Below are positions 28,430 through 36,752 of a stretch of DNA of 64,000 bases, piece by piece. The translations under genes and the position numbers were made by a program. The notes beneath the pieces are model-generated. The model saw only the letters and a list, made by a program, of their open reading frames with translations. It was not told where the DNA came from and ran no database searches. The stretch comes from a virus. How positions within the stretch are numbered: the stretch's first letter is position 1; each line of letters starts with the position of its first letter. The stretch lies in the IMG/VR virus record IMGVR_UViG_3300044991_002272, one strand, 5' to 3'.

Positions 28430-28649
28430 TCAAGCTGGATTACACACAAGCTTGCGTGAGGTTTTGAATTTGCTGCAACTGCAATATTTGCAGCCCGCAG
28501 CAGCCCAATCCTCGTAGGGGTCAAAAATGTCTTGCATAGGTGTGCTGGCATTCTGGGTCAGCACACACTCGACTGTCGCCAAAATTTGGGTTGTAGTAGT
28601 ATTTTGTGCGGCTCACACGCCTTTTGAAGTATGCTGGTTCATCGCTCAT
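28430..28649 (-). pseudogene. Small Cys/His-rich protein gene interrupted by a +1 frameshift at CAT-TTT-TGA-C (pseudogene, assembly error or programmed frameshift)
   Basis: Frame 0 gives ...YNPNFGDSRVCADPECQHTYARHF*. The +1 frame continues DPYEDWAAAGCKYCSCSKF... to TGA at 28430. Confidence 0.6.
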
Positions 28650-28682
28650 GTGCGCAGCATATGCGGAAAAAATTGTTCAGTC

Positions 28683-28720
28683 AAGAAGGAAGGCAGCATT
28701 TTTCAATGCTGCCTTCCTTG
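28683..28720. terminator. Long hairpin downstream of dnaK
   Basis: AAGGAAGGCAGCATT-TTTC-AATGCTGCCTTCCTT. Confidence 0.7.
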
Positions 28721-28724
28721 GAGC

Positions 28725-30560
28725 TCAAGAGTTTTGGGTGGGTTCAGCTGAGGTTTCAGCCTGTGTATTTTTGTAGATTTCCTCACCCAGCTTCATGGAG
28801 ATTTCACTAAGTTTTGTAGTTTCTTTCTCAATGATTTCAACATCCTCTCCGTCTAATACATGACGCAACGTAGCTAACTGGGGTTCAGCTTCTGCACGAA
28901 GTGTTTCAGAGATTTTGTCGACATTTTCCTTAAGCACCCGCTCTACTGAAGCGATAACGCCATCAGCATTGTTGCGTGCATCTGCAACGCGCCGACGCTC
29001 CTGGTCCGCTGCTTCGTTTTCTTCAGCTTGACGGATCATTTCTAAAATCTCAGCCTCTGACAGTCCACCGTTTGCTTGGATGGAGATTTGTTGAGTTTTG
29101 CCAGTGCCCTTGTCTTGTGCACTGACAGTGACAATGCCATTCGCATCAATATCAAATGCTACGGCGATCTGGGGGCCGCCGCGCGGTGCTGGTGGAATGT
29201 CTTTGAGGTCAAATTGACCTAGCGATTTATTATCTCGCGCCATACTTCTCTCACCTTGGAACACTTTGATAGTAACTGCCTGCTGGTTGTCTTCAGCAGT
29301 ACTGAAAACTTGTTCCTTTTTGGTTGGGATCGTGGTGTTCTTTTCGATGAGTTTGGTGAACACACCTCCCATTGTCTCAATTCCTAGGCTAAGTGGAGTC
29401 ACATCCAGCAGCAGCACATCCTTCACATCACCTTGCAGAACACCAGCCTGCACAGCCGCACCAATAGCCACAGCCTCATCTGGATTTACAGAGTGGTTGG
29501 GCTCCTTGCCAAAGAAGTCTCGGATGGCTTGGCGCACTGCTGGAATACGTGTGGTGCCACCAACGAGGATAATCTCTTTTATCTCATTTTTGTTGATTGA
29601 TGCATCCTTAAGTGCCGCCTGGCACGGGGCTATGATGCGCTTCACAAGATCAGAGGTCAGCTCTTCGAACTTTGCACGAGAGAGCTTCACCAACAGATGT
29701 TTGGGACCAGAAGAGTCAGCTGTGATATAAGGCAAGTTGACTTCAGTTTCACTAGTGCTGCTGAGTTCAATCTTTGCACGCTCTGCGGCTTCACGCAAAC
29801 GTTGCACAGCCATTTTGTCCTTCCGGAGATCTAGCCCTTGGTCACGCAAGAACTCTTGAGCAAGATAGTCTGTTACTCGGGCATCAAAATCCGCACCACC
29901 AAGATGTGTATCACCATTGGTGCTGAGCACCTCTACAACACCACTACCAATATCTAGTACACTGACGTCATGTGTGCCACCGCCTGAATCCACAACAATT
30001 ACCTTGCCATCACCACCTTTGTCAGTGCTGAAAGCTAGAGCTGCTGCTGTGGGTTCATTTATGATACGCATCACTTCAAGTCCAGCAATGCGGCCAGCAT
30101 CTTTTGTTGCCTGTCGTTGTGCATCATCAAAATATGCAGGTACTGTCAGAACAGCTTGGGAGACTTTTTTCCCCAGATAGGTTTCTGCCGTTTCTTTCAT
30201 CTTCAACAGCACCTGAGCGCCAATCTCAGCTGGACTGCGAGCCTGACCTCGGGTTTCTACCCATGCATCGCCATTGTCAGCCTTGACAATTTTGTAAGGT
30301 AGTGTTTTCATATCTGCTGCGACTGATGGATCCGCAAAGCGCCGACCAATCAGGCGCTTGCTTTCAAAAACTGTGTTTTCGGGATTTGTAACAGCCTGTC
30401 GTTTGGCAGCTTGTCCAACCAGTTGTTCCTTGTCAGTCCAAGCCACAATGCTGGGGGTTGTGCGTGCACCTTCTGCGTTTTCAATTACGCGAGCTGTGCC
30501 ATTTTCCATAATGGCCACGCATGAATTCGTAGTTCCAAGATCTATCGCAATGATAGTCAT
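28725..30560 (-). CDS. dnaK: Chaperone DnaK (Hsp70)
   Basis: [60 protein letters not shown] motifs. Confidence 0.97.
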   Translation of the reverse strand: MTIIAIDLGTTNSCVAIMENGTARVIENAEGARTTPSIVAWTDKEQLVGQAAKRQAVTNPENTVFESKRLIGRRFADPSVAADMKTLPYKIVKADNGDAWVETRGQARSPAEIGAQVLLKMKETAETYLGKKVSQAVLTVPAYFDDAQRQATKDAGRIAGLEVMRIINEPTAAALAFSTDKGGDGKVIVVDSGGGTHDVSVLDIGSGVVEVLSTNGDTHLGGADFDARVTDYLAQEFLRDQGLDLRKDKMAVQRLREAAERAKIELSSTSETEVNLPYITADSSGPKHLLVKLSRAKFEELTSDLVKRIIAPCQAALKDASINKNEIKEIILVGGTTRIPAVRQAIRDFFGKEPNHSVNPDEAVAIGAAVQAGVLQGDVKDVLLLDVTPLSLGIETMGGVFTKLIEKNTTIPTKKEQVFSTAEDNQQAVTIKVFQGERSMARDNKSLGQFDLKDIPPAPRGGPQIAVAFDIDANGIVTVSAQDKGTGKTQQISIQANGGLSEAEILEMIRQAEENEAADQERRRVADARNNADGVIASVERVLKENVDKISETLRAEAEPQLATLRHVLDGEDVEIIEKETTKLSEISMKLGEEIYKNTQAETSAEPTQNS

Positions 30561-30566
30561 TTTGTT

Positions 30567-30587
30567 ATCTCCTTCTTAAAGCAAGAT
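30567..30587 (-). promoter_or_regulatory. ROSE-like RNA thermometer hairpin of dnaK
   Basis: AUCUUGCU-uuaaga-AGGAGAU: UUGCU pairs with the SD and leaves a bulged G. An upstream hairpin lies at 30594-30616. Confidence 0.7.
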
Positions 30588-30631
30588 GTTTAGGGAGTTA
30601 CTTTTGAGTCAACTCCATGTTATATTTACTG

Positions 30632-31477
30632 TTATTCGTCTTTGGATGCAACAGGATTGATAATATTGTTCAAACTTACCCAGTCATTCAAGTTGTTCTG
30701 CATGATCTCAAAATATTCTTGGGCTATTTCAGTTCCAACAAAATGTCGCCCCAGTTTCAATGCCTCTACACCAGTTGTTCCACTGCCTGCAAATGGGTCC
30801 AAGATTACATCTCCTGGATTGCTCCAACTGATGATATGATCATGGGCCATAGCTGTGGGCATTTTGGCTGGATGAGAAATGCTCTTGCATGGCCGTTCTT
30901 GCCCTGCTGTTTTCATGCGCCAAATATTGCCTCGCATACCAAACTCTGAGTAGTCCTTTCTCGACCCCCTGTCTTGCATGAGACCATCCTTGTTACGCAC
31001 TGTGTTCTTACCAAATGTTGCCATGCGTGCATGATCAGGATTATTTAATGCTGTAGTAGGTTTGTCTTTGATGGGATTGAAGGTTTTGGGTTTTCCAAGG
31101 CTGAACACAAACATCCACTCTGCCAATTGGTGGTACCGGTTGCTGCTGGGATTGCTGAAGTTGGCTTTTTCGTAAACCATGGTATCGTGCAGTCGCCAAC
31201 CACTGTCTATGAATTTCAAAGCTTGTCGAAAGCTTGTGCCAGTTTCACTGCCATTCACAACTTGATCAGCCACATTCCACATGACAATACCACCAGGCTT
31301 TGTTACTCTTTTGAGTTCCTTCAACAACTCATCAAAATCCCAAGTGTGGCCTTTGTAGTCTCGGAGGCTGTCGTAAGGAGGACTAGTGACAGTGAGATCA
31401 ATGCTGGCGTCAAGAACATGCTGTTTCAGCATGCCAACATTATCACCTTGATAAATGCTGTAAGGCAAGGTGCTCAA
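30632..31477 (-). CDS. Beta-class amino (N4-C/N6-A) DNA methyltransferase
   Basis: TVTSPPY catalytic motif N-terminal to HPAKMP and VILDPFAGSGTT SAM-binding motif. Confidence 0.9.
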   Translation of the reverse strand: MSTLPYSIYQGDNVGMLKQHVLDASIDLTVTSPPYDSLRDYKGHTWDFDELLKELKRVTKPGGIVMWNVADQVVNGSETGTSFRQALKFIDSGWRLHDTMVYEKANFSNPSSNRYHQLAEWMFVFSLGKPKTFNPIKDKPTTALNNPDHARMATFGKNTVRNKDGLMQDRGSRKDYSEFGMRGNIWRMKTAGQERPCKSISHPAKMPTAMAHDHIISWSNPGDVILDPFAGSGTTGVEALKLGRHFVGTEIAQEYFEIMQNNLNDWVSLNNIINPVASKDE

Positions 31478-32883
31478 GAGTTGTGTCCTACAGCCGCAGC
31501 TACATTATCATAGCGTGGATTGTTCAGCGTTTCCAGCATCACAGTCAACGGCGAAAACTCCTCGCATTTCAAAATGCTTTTCAAGATGCTTGGAGAGAAT
31601 CCACTTACCAAAGCAGCCCCTGTGCTGTGTGCCCTTACGGGAAAATTTCCTGCGCGAGCATTCAGGTTCCACCAAACAATTTTTGGAGTTGAGTAGCCGT
31701 GACGTTGGAAAGTTTCTTGAGCAATGTTCCAAGCCATTTGGTTTGCATCGCTTGAGGAGTCAAACTCTTGATCACTCAGCACCAGCACCACCTTGGGCAT
31801 TTCACTGTTGGGCACATTACCCATCACAGCTACACGCAAGATCTCACGGAAAGCTCGTTCAATGCTGGTGTTCATGCCCCAATGCAGTGTGCTGATTTGG
31901 CGCACCTTCTCCGTCAAGCTGCCTTGCAGTCGCTCAATTCGACTATCACCTGAAAAGGTCAACAGCAAGTCTTTGAAAGCGCCCTGTTGTTTGTCACTTA
32001 CATAGAGCCCCAAACTCAAGGCCACCTCCATACAGGAGAGTTTGGAGTTGCCGCCAACAGCACTACTCATGCTACCAGAGGTGTCAACCATTGGAAGGAT
32101 GTTGTCCTCACCCAACAGATTTGGTAGGCTGTCCCATTGAGCTTGCGCAACTTCTGCATCGCCATTACGCATGCTCTTCAACACATCGTAGGGAAAGAGA
32201 ACGGAGCTGTTCACACGGGCAACACCAGTTTTCAAACCCTCTTTCCAAAGGTTGTAGCGTGCTGGATCATTTTTCAAAAAAGCCTTTTGATAGCGAGCAC
32301 TGGCTACAGAAGGCAATTGGCTATAGTGAATGTTGTGCCATTGTCGCGCACACATCTGTTGTTCCACTGTGTGACATTGGTTAACCACTAACTGGCGATA
32401 TTCTTTGGGAGTTTTGATTCCCAAGAGTTTGCGCAAGCGATTGGCTAGTTGTCCTTGGCGCGGGGCATATTTGGCTGCTAGTGCCTTGCCTTTGTGCAGC
32501 TCATCAGCATAATATGCTAGTGCAACCTGTTGCACTAGTGGATGAGCAATACTGAGTAAGTCGTCATATCTACCAAACTCAGGGATCAATGTGAGCAAGC
32601 GAATTGCCAGCTCTGGATCCTTCTCACACAGTTGGTTGAACAATTTCCGGAAAATATCGCGTTCACCAGCACCACCGCGTGCATCACGTGCCCAAAACAG
32701 GGTTTTCACTGTCAGCAGTGTATCACAACTGAATGCAGCAGAAAATTGAGTAGACAGATTTTTGCCTCGACTGCTGCCGATGACAGCAAAGAGATCCAAT
32801 ACAGGATTGTTGGTTGTTGCATTGGTGGGCATGCCATTGGCTGTTTCTGAGTGGGTGAGATCAACGGCTGCTGCAAAGCTCAT
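31474..32883 (-). CDS. DUF2828-type TROVE-like/vWA protein (Ro60-like architecture)
   Basis: FWARDARGGAGER..FR, IPEFGRYDDL, AAKYAPR, YQKAFLKND, vWA MVDTSGSM, LSDQEFD, WNL. Start reassigned to ATG 32883 (GAGGA RBS). Confidence 0.85.
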   Translation of the reverse strand: MSFAAAVDLTHSETANGMPTNATTNNPVLDLFAVIGSSRGKNLSTQFSAAFSCDTLLTVKTLFWARDARGGAGERDIFRKLFNQLCEKDPELAIRLLTLIPEFGRYDDLLSIAHPLVQQVALAYYADELHKGKALAAKYAPRQGQLANRLRKLLGIKTPKEYRQLVVNQCHTVEQQMCARQWHNIHYSQLPSVASARYQKAFLKNDPARYNLWKEGLKTGVARVNSSVLFPYDVLKSMRNGDAEVAQAQWDSLPNLLGEDNILPMVDTSGSMSSAVGGNSKLSCMEVALSLGLYVSDKQQGAFKDLLLTFSGDSRIERLQGSLTEKVRQISTLHWGMNTSIERAFREILRVAVMGNVPNSEMPKVVLVLSDQEFDSSSDANQMAWNIAQETFQRHGYSTPKIVWWNLNARAGNFPVRAHSTGAALVSGFSPSILKSILKCEEFSPLTVMLETLNNPRYDNVAAAVGHNS

Positions 32884-32913
32884 GCAAAATTTCCTCATGC
32901 ATATGTGTAGTGA

Positions 32914-32942
32914 ACTATACCCTGTAAACAGGGTTGTGTCAA
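32914..32942 (-). promoter_or_regulatory. Sigma70 promoter of the DUF2828 gene with a palindromic spacer
   Basis: TTGACA-CAACCCTGTTTACAGGG-TATAGT (17-bp spacer containing CCCTGT/ACAGGG). Confidence 0.8.
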
Positions 32943-33208
32943 AAATGTCGCAGCTTGATTTCAGCAATCAATTCTTGGAAACTGTCATCTTTCAAATCAA
33001 GAGGAAAGCCTTGCAGTCGGTTATTGTAGATTGGCAGCGTGTATCTAGTGTTCTCTACTTCAAAAAAGATTACAAACTTGTCATTTACTACGTCTTGAGC
33101 TATATCAATGTTCTGAGCCGAGACTTCTGCAATGATCTCGTAGATCAAGGGGCTTAACCAACGATATGTTTGATAGCTGATGTATTGTGCATTTATTTGA
33201 GTAGTCAC
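32939..33208 (-). CDS. Hypothetical protein (89 aa)
   Basis: GTG start with AAGGAG RBS lying inside the 3' stem of RNA unit 3. Confidence 0.65.
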   Translation of the reverse strand: MTTQINAQYISYQTYRWLSPLIYEIIAEVSAQNIDIAQDVVNDKFVIFFEVENTRYTLPIYNNRLQGFPLDLKDDSFQELIAEIKLRHF

Positions 33209-33415
33209 AGGATCTCCTTTGTATCACACATGATGCGATTTTAAGTTTGCGGAAGAGATCCTTTGTGGTGGGCACGGATTTGGATGTGGAATTGAACCAC
33301 TGGTTTTGATAAACAAAACGTTATCCAAAGGTTTGCTGAACCAAATCCTCAAGCCCGTAAACAGAATGCTGTTTTTGCACTTTTCCAATTGCATAAACTT
33401 TGCTGTAAGCATTCT
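33209..33415 (-). ncRNA. Array of three stem-closed RNA units with a shared C(A/C)GCAAA core; unit 2 is tRNA-like
   Basis: Terminal stems AGAATGCT/AGCATTCT (33415-33363), GGATTTGG/CCAAATCC (33348-33276) and AGGATCTC/GAGATCCT (33262-33209). Unit 2 has the T-arm GTGG-TTCAATT-CCAC. Confidence 0.65.
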
Positions 33416-33423
33416 TCCTTTTA

Positions 33424-33452
33424 AGGATATATGACAAATAGTGTTGTGTCAA
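33424..33452 (-). promoter_or_regulatory. Sigma70 promoter directly upstream of the RNA-unit array
   Basis: TTGACA-17-TATCCT; predicted +1 falls just before unit 1. Confidence 0.7.
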
Positions 33453-34273
33453 ATAGCAATTTCAATTTCCACTGGAGTCCAACCAAGGTTTTCACCAGGA
33501 TAGCCTCGAGCGTTGTTGATGTAGCGAACACCAGTCAGCACCCGGTCCTGACGATCATGCGTGTGACCAAAGCACCAAGCCCGAATGTTTGAGTTGGTGA
33601 TGGGTTCCAAGAGTGTGTTTGCATAACTGCCATTTAGCATAACCCACTTGGGGTTTGGATTATACTTCAGCAGTGCTCGATTTGGTGCATGATGCGTCAG
33701 TACCACCACTGGGTGTGCTGAGTTGGTTACAGTGTTTTGGATATACTCAGCATCCGCTTTTGCAGAGTCTACAATTGCTTGCACCTTGTATTCTGTTCCC
33801 CACTGGATATAGCGAGCATCATTCATGTAATGTAGGTAAGCTGAGGATTGCTGCTCAAAGTCAAATGGGCTACCAGCTTGGAAATCATGCCAACCAGTAG
33901 CACCCACAAACTTCACACCGTTGACCACAACACTACCTCGATGCAGAAATGAGACATTATGTGCTTTGTTGTATCGGCTGTAGTGGTCGTAGATTTCCTC
34001 AACAGTGCGCGGATAGGGATACTGAGCGTCAAACTCTGGGTCACTCAGTCGAGTGGAATGAAATCCTAGGTTATAGAAGTCGTGATTTCCAGCCACCCAA
34101 ATTACATGTTCAAATCGCTGACCAGCTTCACGCAGCCACCGGCTTCCAGCGCGAACATCATTTTCAATGTCGCCACACACCACAAGTGGAGTGGCAGAGT
34201 CAACCTCGTCAAGAAGCTGCCAATCCCACCCACTGTGGTCAATGTGAATGTCAGAGATGAGGGCAAATTTCAT
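33449..34273 (-). CDS. Calcineurin-like metallophosphoesterase
   Basis: SDIH, CGDI, VAGNHDFY, THHAP, FGHTH motifs. Confidence 0.9.
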   Translation of the reverse strand: MKFALISDIHIDHSGWDWQLLDEVDSATPLVVCGDIENDVRAGSRWLREAGQRFEHVIWVAGNHDFYNLGFHSTRLSDPEFDAQYPYPRTVEEIYDHYSRYNKAHNVSFLHRGSVVVNGVKFVGATGWHDFQAGSPFDFEQQSSAYLHYMNDARYIQWGTEYKVQAIVDSAKADAEYIQNTVTNSAHPVVVLTHHAPNRALLKYNPNPKWVMLNGSYANTLLEPITNSNIRAWCFGHTHDRQDRVLTGVRYINNARGYPGENLGWTPVEIEIAI

Positions 34274-34297
34274 AAGAATATCTTTCCAAAGAAGAAG

Positions 34298-34510
34298 CAG
34301 GTCACAAACTCAAGATCAAACAGAGACTCTAACAAAGAACAAACGACAACCAACAAACTGCAAAACACAATCCCAATATAGCAGCACAACAAAAAACAAA
34401 TGGCGCCTGTGAGGCTTACCGAAAACGTGCTGAGCAATGGGTTTAGCCCTGGAGGATGTTATCCATCCTGTCAATGATAATGTCTTGTTTTTTCCTTCAC
34501 TTGTGACCTG
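34298..34510 (-). ncRNA. Candidate structured RNA closed by a 10-bp terminal stem and containing a UUG heptad tract
   Basis: CAGGTCACAA (34510-34501) pairs with TTGTGACCTG (34307-34298). Internal GGATG/CATCC hairpin; (TTGN4)x6 at 34370-34329. Confidence 0.5.
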
Positions 34511-34530
34511 ATTGTGCAGGCTTTGTGGGC

Positions 34531-35100
34531 CTACACAATACCTAGAGACTCAAGCCATGTCCAGTCTTGGTCTCGAATATTGATTTCAGTAGAGATGTTA
34601 GCAGTCATAAGCTCTTCACCAATAGCTGTCTGCCTGCGACGCAGTGTGACCAGCTGTGTGTTGAACTTCTCAATGTCGGTAAGGCTGAACACACCAACAG
34701 AAAAGCTTTCGGTGATTCGGTAAGAGCTTTTCTCATTGGCAACCGAGATGCTTTTGGCACGCTCTGCCAGGTGTGTGCTGCTGGGAACAGGAGTGCTCTT
34801 CACCAGCCGGGAGAACCGCGAAATCTGAGCAGCTACTACAGCCTGCTCACATAGCAGTTTACTAACACTGCACTTTACATTGGCTGCACCCACTTGCTCT
34901 CGGATGTTTGCGAGTGTTGACTCAAGACGATCAATCTCATCAATTGCACGCATTTGCGCACCACGAGCAATTGCCAGCATCTCATCATTTACTGACCAAA
35001 GTTCCATAGTTAGTTCGCCAGTAAGCTGTGATTGACGCTCACTGATAGCAGCTCGAATGCTGTTTTGCACAGCAGCAGCCTTGCGCAGATTCAATTTCAT
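34531..35100 (-). CDS. Conserved hypothetical coiled-coil phage protein
   Basis: MKLNLRKAAAVQ..I...; start at ATG 35100 below a TTGACG-17-TAGAAT promoter. Confidence 0.75.
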   Translation of the reverse strand: MKLNLRKAAAVQNSIRAAISERQSQLTGELTMELWSVNDEMLAIARGAQMRAIDEIDRLESTLANIREQVGAANVKCSVSKLLCEQAVVAAQISRFSRLVKSTPVPSSTHLAERAKSISVANEKSSYRITESFSVGVFSLTDIEKFNTQLVTLRRRQTAIGEELMTANISTEINIRDQDWTWLESLGIV

Positions 35101-35168
35101 CTCGTTGTCCCTATCAGCGTTTTGTTGTAGCAAATTCTAGCTGAGGGCAGAGGTTACGTCAAACCCTT

Positions 35169-35321
35169 TCAAATAGGCATGTGAATTTTTTGATGACGTT
35201 GAGTTTCAACCCTTTTCAATCGGCACTCAAAGTCAACAACATCAACAGCTTCACTCAGATAGCGTTCCTCATTGGTCATGCAATAATGGTGCCACCATTG
35301 ACGAATTTTTTCCAAAAACAT
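35169..35321 (-). CDS. Small DUF3563-like protein (50 aa), absent from the ORF track
   Basis: MFLEKIRQWWHHYCMTNEERYLSEAVDVVDFECRLKRVETQRHQKIHMPI; CAGGAG RBS; TAAATA at 35343-35348. Confidence 0.65.
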   Translation of the reverse strand: MFLEKIRQWWHHYCMTNEERYLSEAVDVVDFECRLKRVETQRHQKIHMPI

Positions 35322-35373
35322 AATAGTTCTCCTGTTTTTGGCTATTTAACAGGAAATTGTTGCAGTGCACAAA

Positions 35374-36078
35374 TTACCATCTTGCATTTCCTTCAAATCC
35401 TGCATCTTCCAATTCTTTTTGGCAATCAAACATTGCTCGTTTGCCTTGTCCCAAGAATGGTTTCATTATGTTTATGACTTCAGTAGCTTTGCTGGGAAAC
35501 TCAATACTGGCGAGACTAAGGTTATTTGCCACCAATGTACGCAAGAGAGGCATGTCTTCGCGCCAATCGAGGGCTACATGAGACACATCCACAGGAAAGC
35601 CCTCTAGTGAGCGTAGATTTGGATTTCGTATAGCCACCATTATTCCATCTACTTTTTTGGGCCCGCCGATGAAATTTGTGATATTTGTGTCCAAAAGCAA
35701 AAACTCTCCGCGGATATGAACAGGCGCGCCTTGCAGGGTGCGTAGTGGGTTGTCTGAGCAGACATATGCCCCAAAAACTTCAGTAGGGCCACCTTCAAGT
35801 GAAGTGAGCTTGTTATCCTGACACTTAAAACTGCCTTCCACTGTATAAGGACAGCCTACTAAACTTTTCAAGTTACTATTACTCACATTGAAGTGTCGCC
35901 GCACATAACCAAACTTCACCGGCAGTGTTGAAGTGAGTTTGCCGTCAAATGTGCGAAAGTTTTTGTTCAACGCATCTACACCGGTAGCCGAGACTTGACC
36001 CTCGTCATCAATATCAACTGGACCAGAAAAGGCAAAATTGATTTTCAGGAGGTCCCATATGTCAGCTTCAGTTACCAA
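35374..36078 (-). CDS. LRR-like protein, array 2 copy 4
   Basis: 21-aa repeats and C-terminal GQGKRAMFDCQKELEDAGFEGNARW; TTG start in the junction. Confidence 0.85.
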   Translation of the reverse strand: MVTEADIWDLLKINFAFSGPVDIDDEGQVSATGVDALNKNFRTFDGKLTSTLPVKFGYVRRHFNVSNSNLKSLVGCPYTVEGSFKCQDNKLTSLEGGPTEVFGAYVCSDNPLRTLQGAPVHIRGEFLLLDTNITNFIGGPKKVDGIMVAIRNPNLRSLEGFPVDVSHVALDWREDMPLLRTLVANNLSLASIEFPSKATEVINIMKPFLGQGKRAMFDCQKELEDAGFEGNARW

Positions 36079-36752
36079 TGTGCGTTCCCTTCAAATCCAG
36101 CGTCCTCTAGATCCTTTTGGCATTCAAACAAGTATCGTATGCCGTTTCCTGCGTATTTGTTTAGAATTTGTTTGACTGTCCAAACGTCAAGATTATCAGG
36201 ATAAAATTCAATTTTTTTGGCCATTAGTGTGCGAAGCAAAGGCAGCCGGTTTTTGTATGTGATGTGTACAGTGTCGCCAACCTCAGGAAACCCCTCAAGT
36301 GACCGGAGCTTGGTATTACTGTAGCACCAAAAATCGCTGCCAACAGAGGCAGGTGCCCCCAGTAGTGATGACAACAGTGGGTTCTGTGAGCAATAGAAGG
36401 TGCTAAGAACTTCAACAGGTCCTCCCTCAAGTGATTTTAGGAGCTGGTTCTTTCGACAGCGAAACCCTGTGACTTTTTGTGGGGCGCCAGCTAGTGATGT
36501 GAGTTTAGTGTTGTCGCACCAGAAATCACCGCCAATCACTTGGGGTGCACCTTCAAGAGATATCAATTTTTCGTTGTTTCTGCAAAAGAAATCTCCAGCT
36601 ACATCACCAAACCGCACAGGCAATCTCGCCGTATCGTGTGTTAGCTCCACATGCCCATTACAAGAGACCAGTCCGTGATCGTCAATGGTTATCTCACCAG
36701 TTGTTTTAAAATATTTTTTCAACAACTCCATTATTTCATTCTTGTCTACCAC
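36072..36752 (-). CDS. LRR-like protein, array 2 copy 3
   Basis: Same family; GTG start in the junction. Confidence 0.85.
   Translation of the reverse strand: MVDKNEIMELLKKYFKTTGEITIDDHGLVSCNGHVELTHDTARLPVRFGDVAGDFFCRNNEKLISLEGAPQVIGGDFWCDNTKLTSLAGAPQKVTGFRCRKNQLLKSLEGGPVEVLSTFYCSQNPLLSSLLGAPASVGSDFWCYSNTKLRSLEGFPEVGDTVHITYKNRLPLLRTLMAKKIEFYPDNLDVWTVKQILNKYAGNGIRYLFECQKDLEDAGFEGNAHW

Noticed and set aside
33209-33415. Calling the RNA units canonical tRNA genes
   Set aside because: Units 1 and 3 lack T- and D-arms; unit 2 lacks a canonical D-arm and has a 4-bp T-stem. Reported only as tRNA-like.
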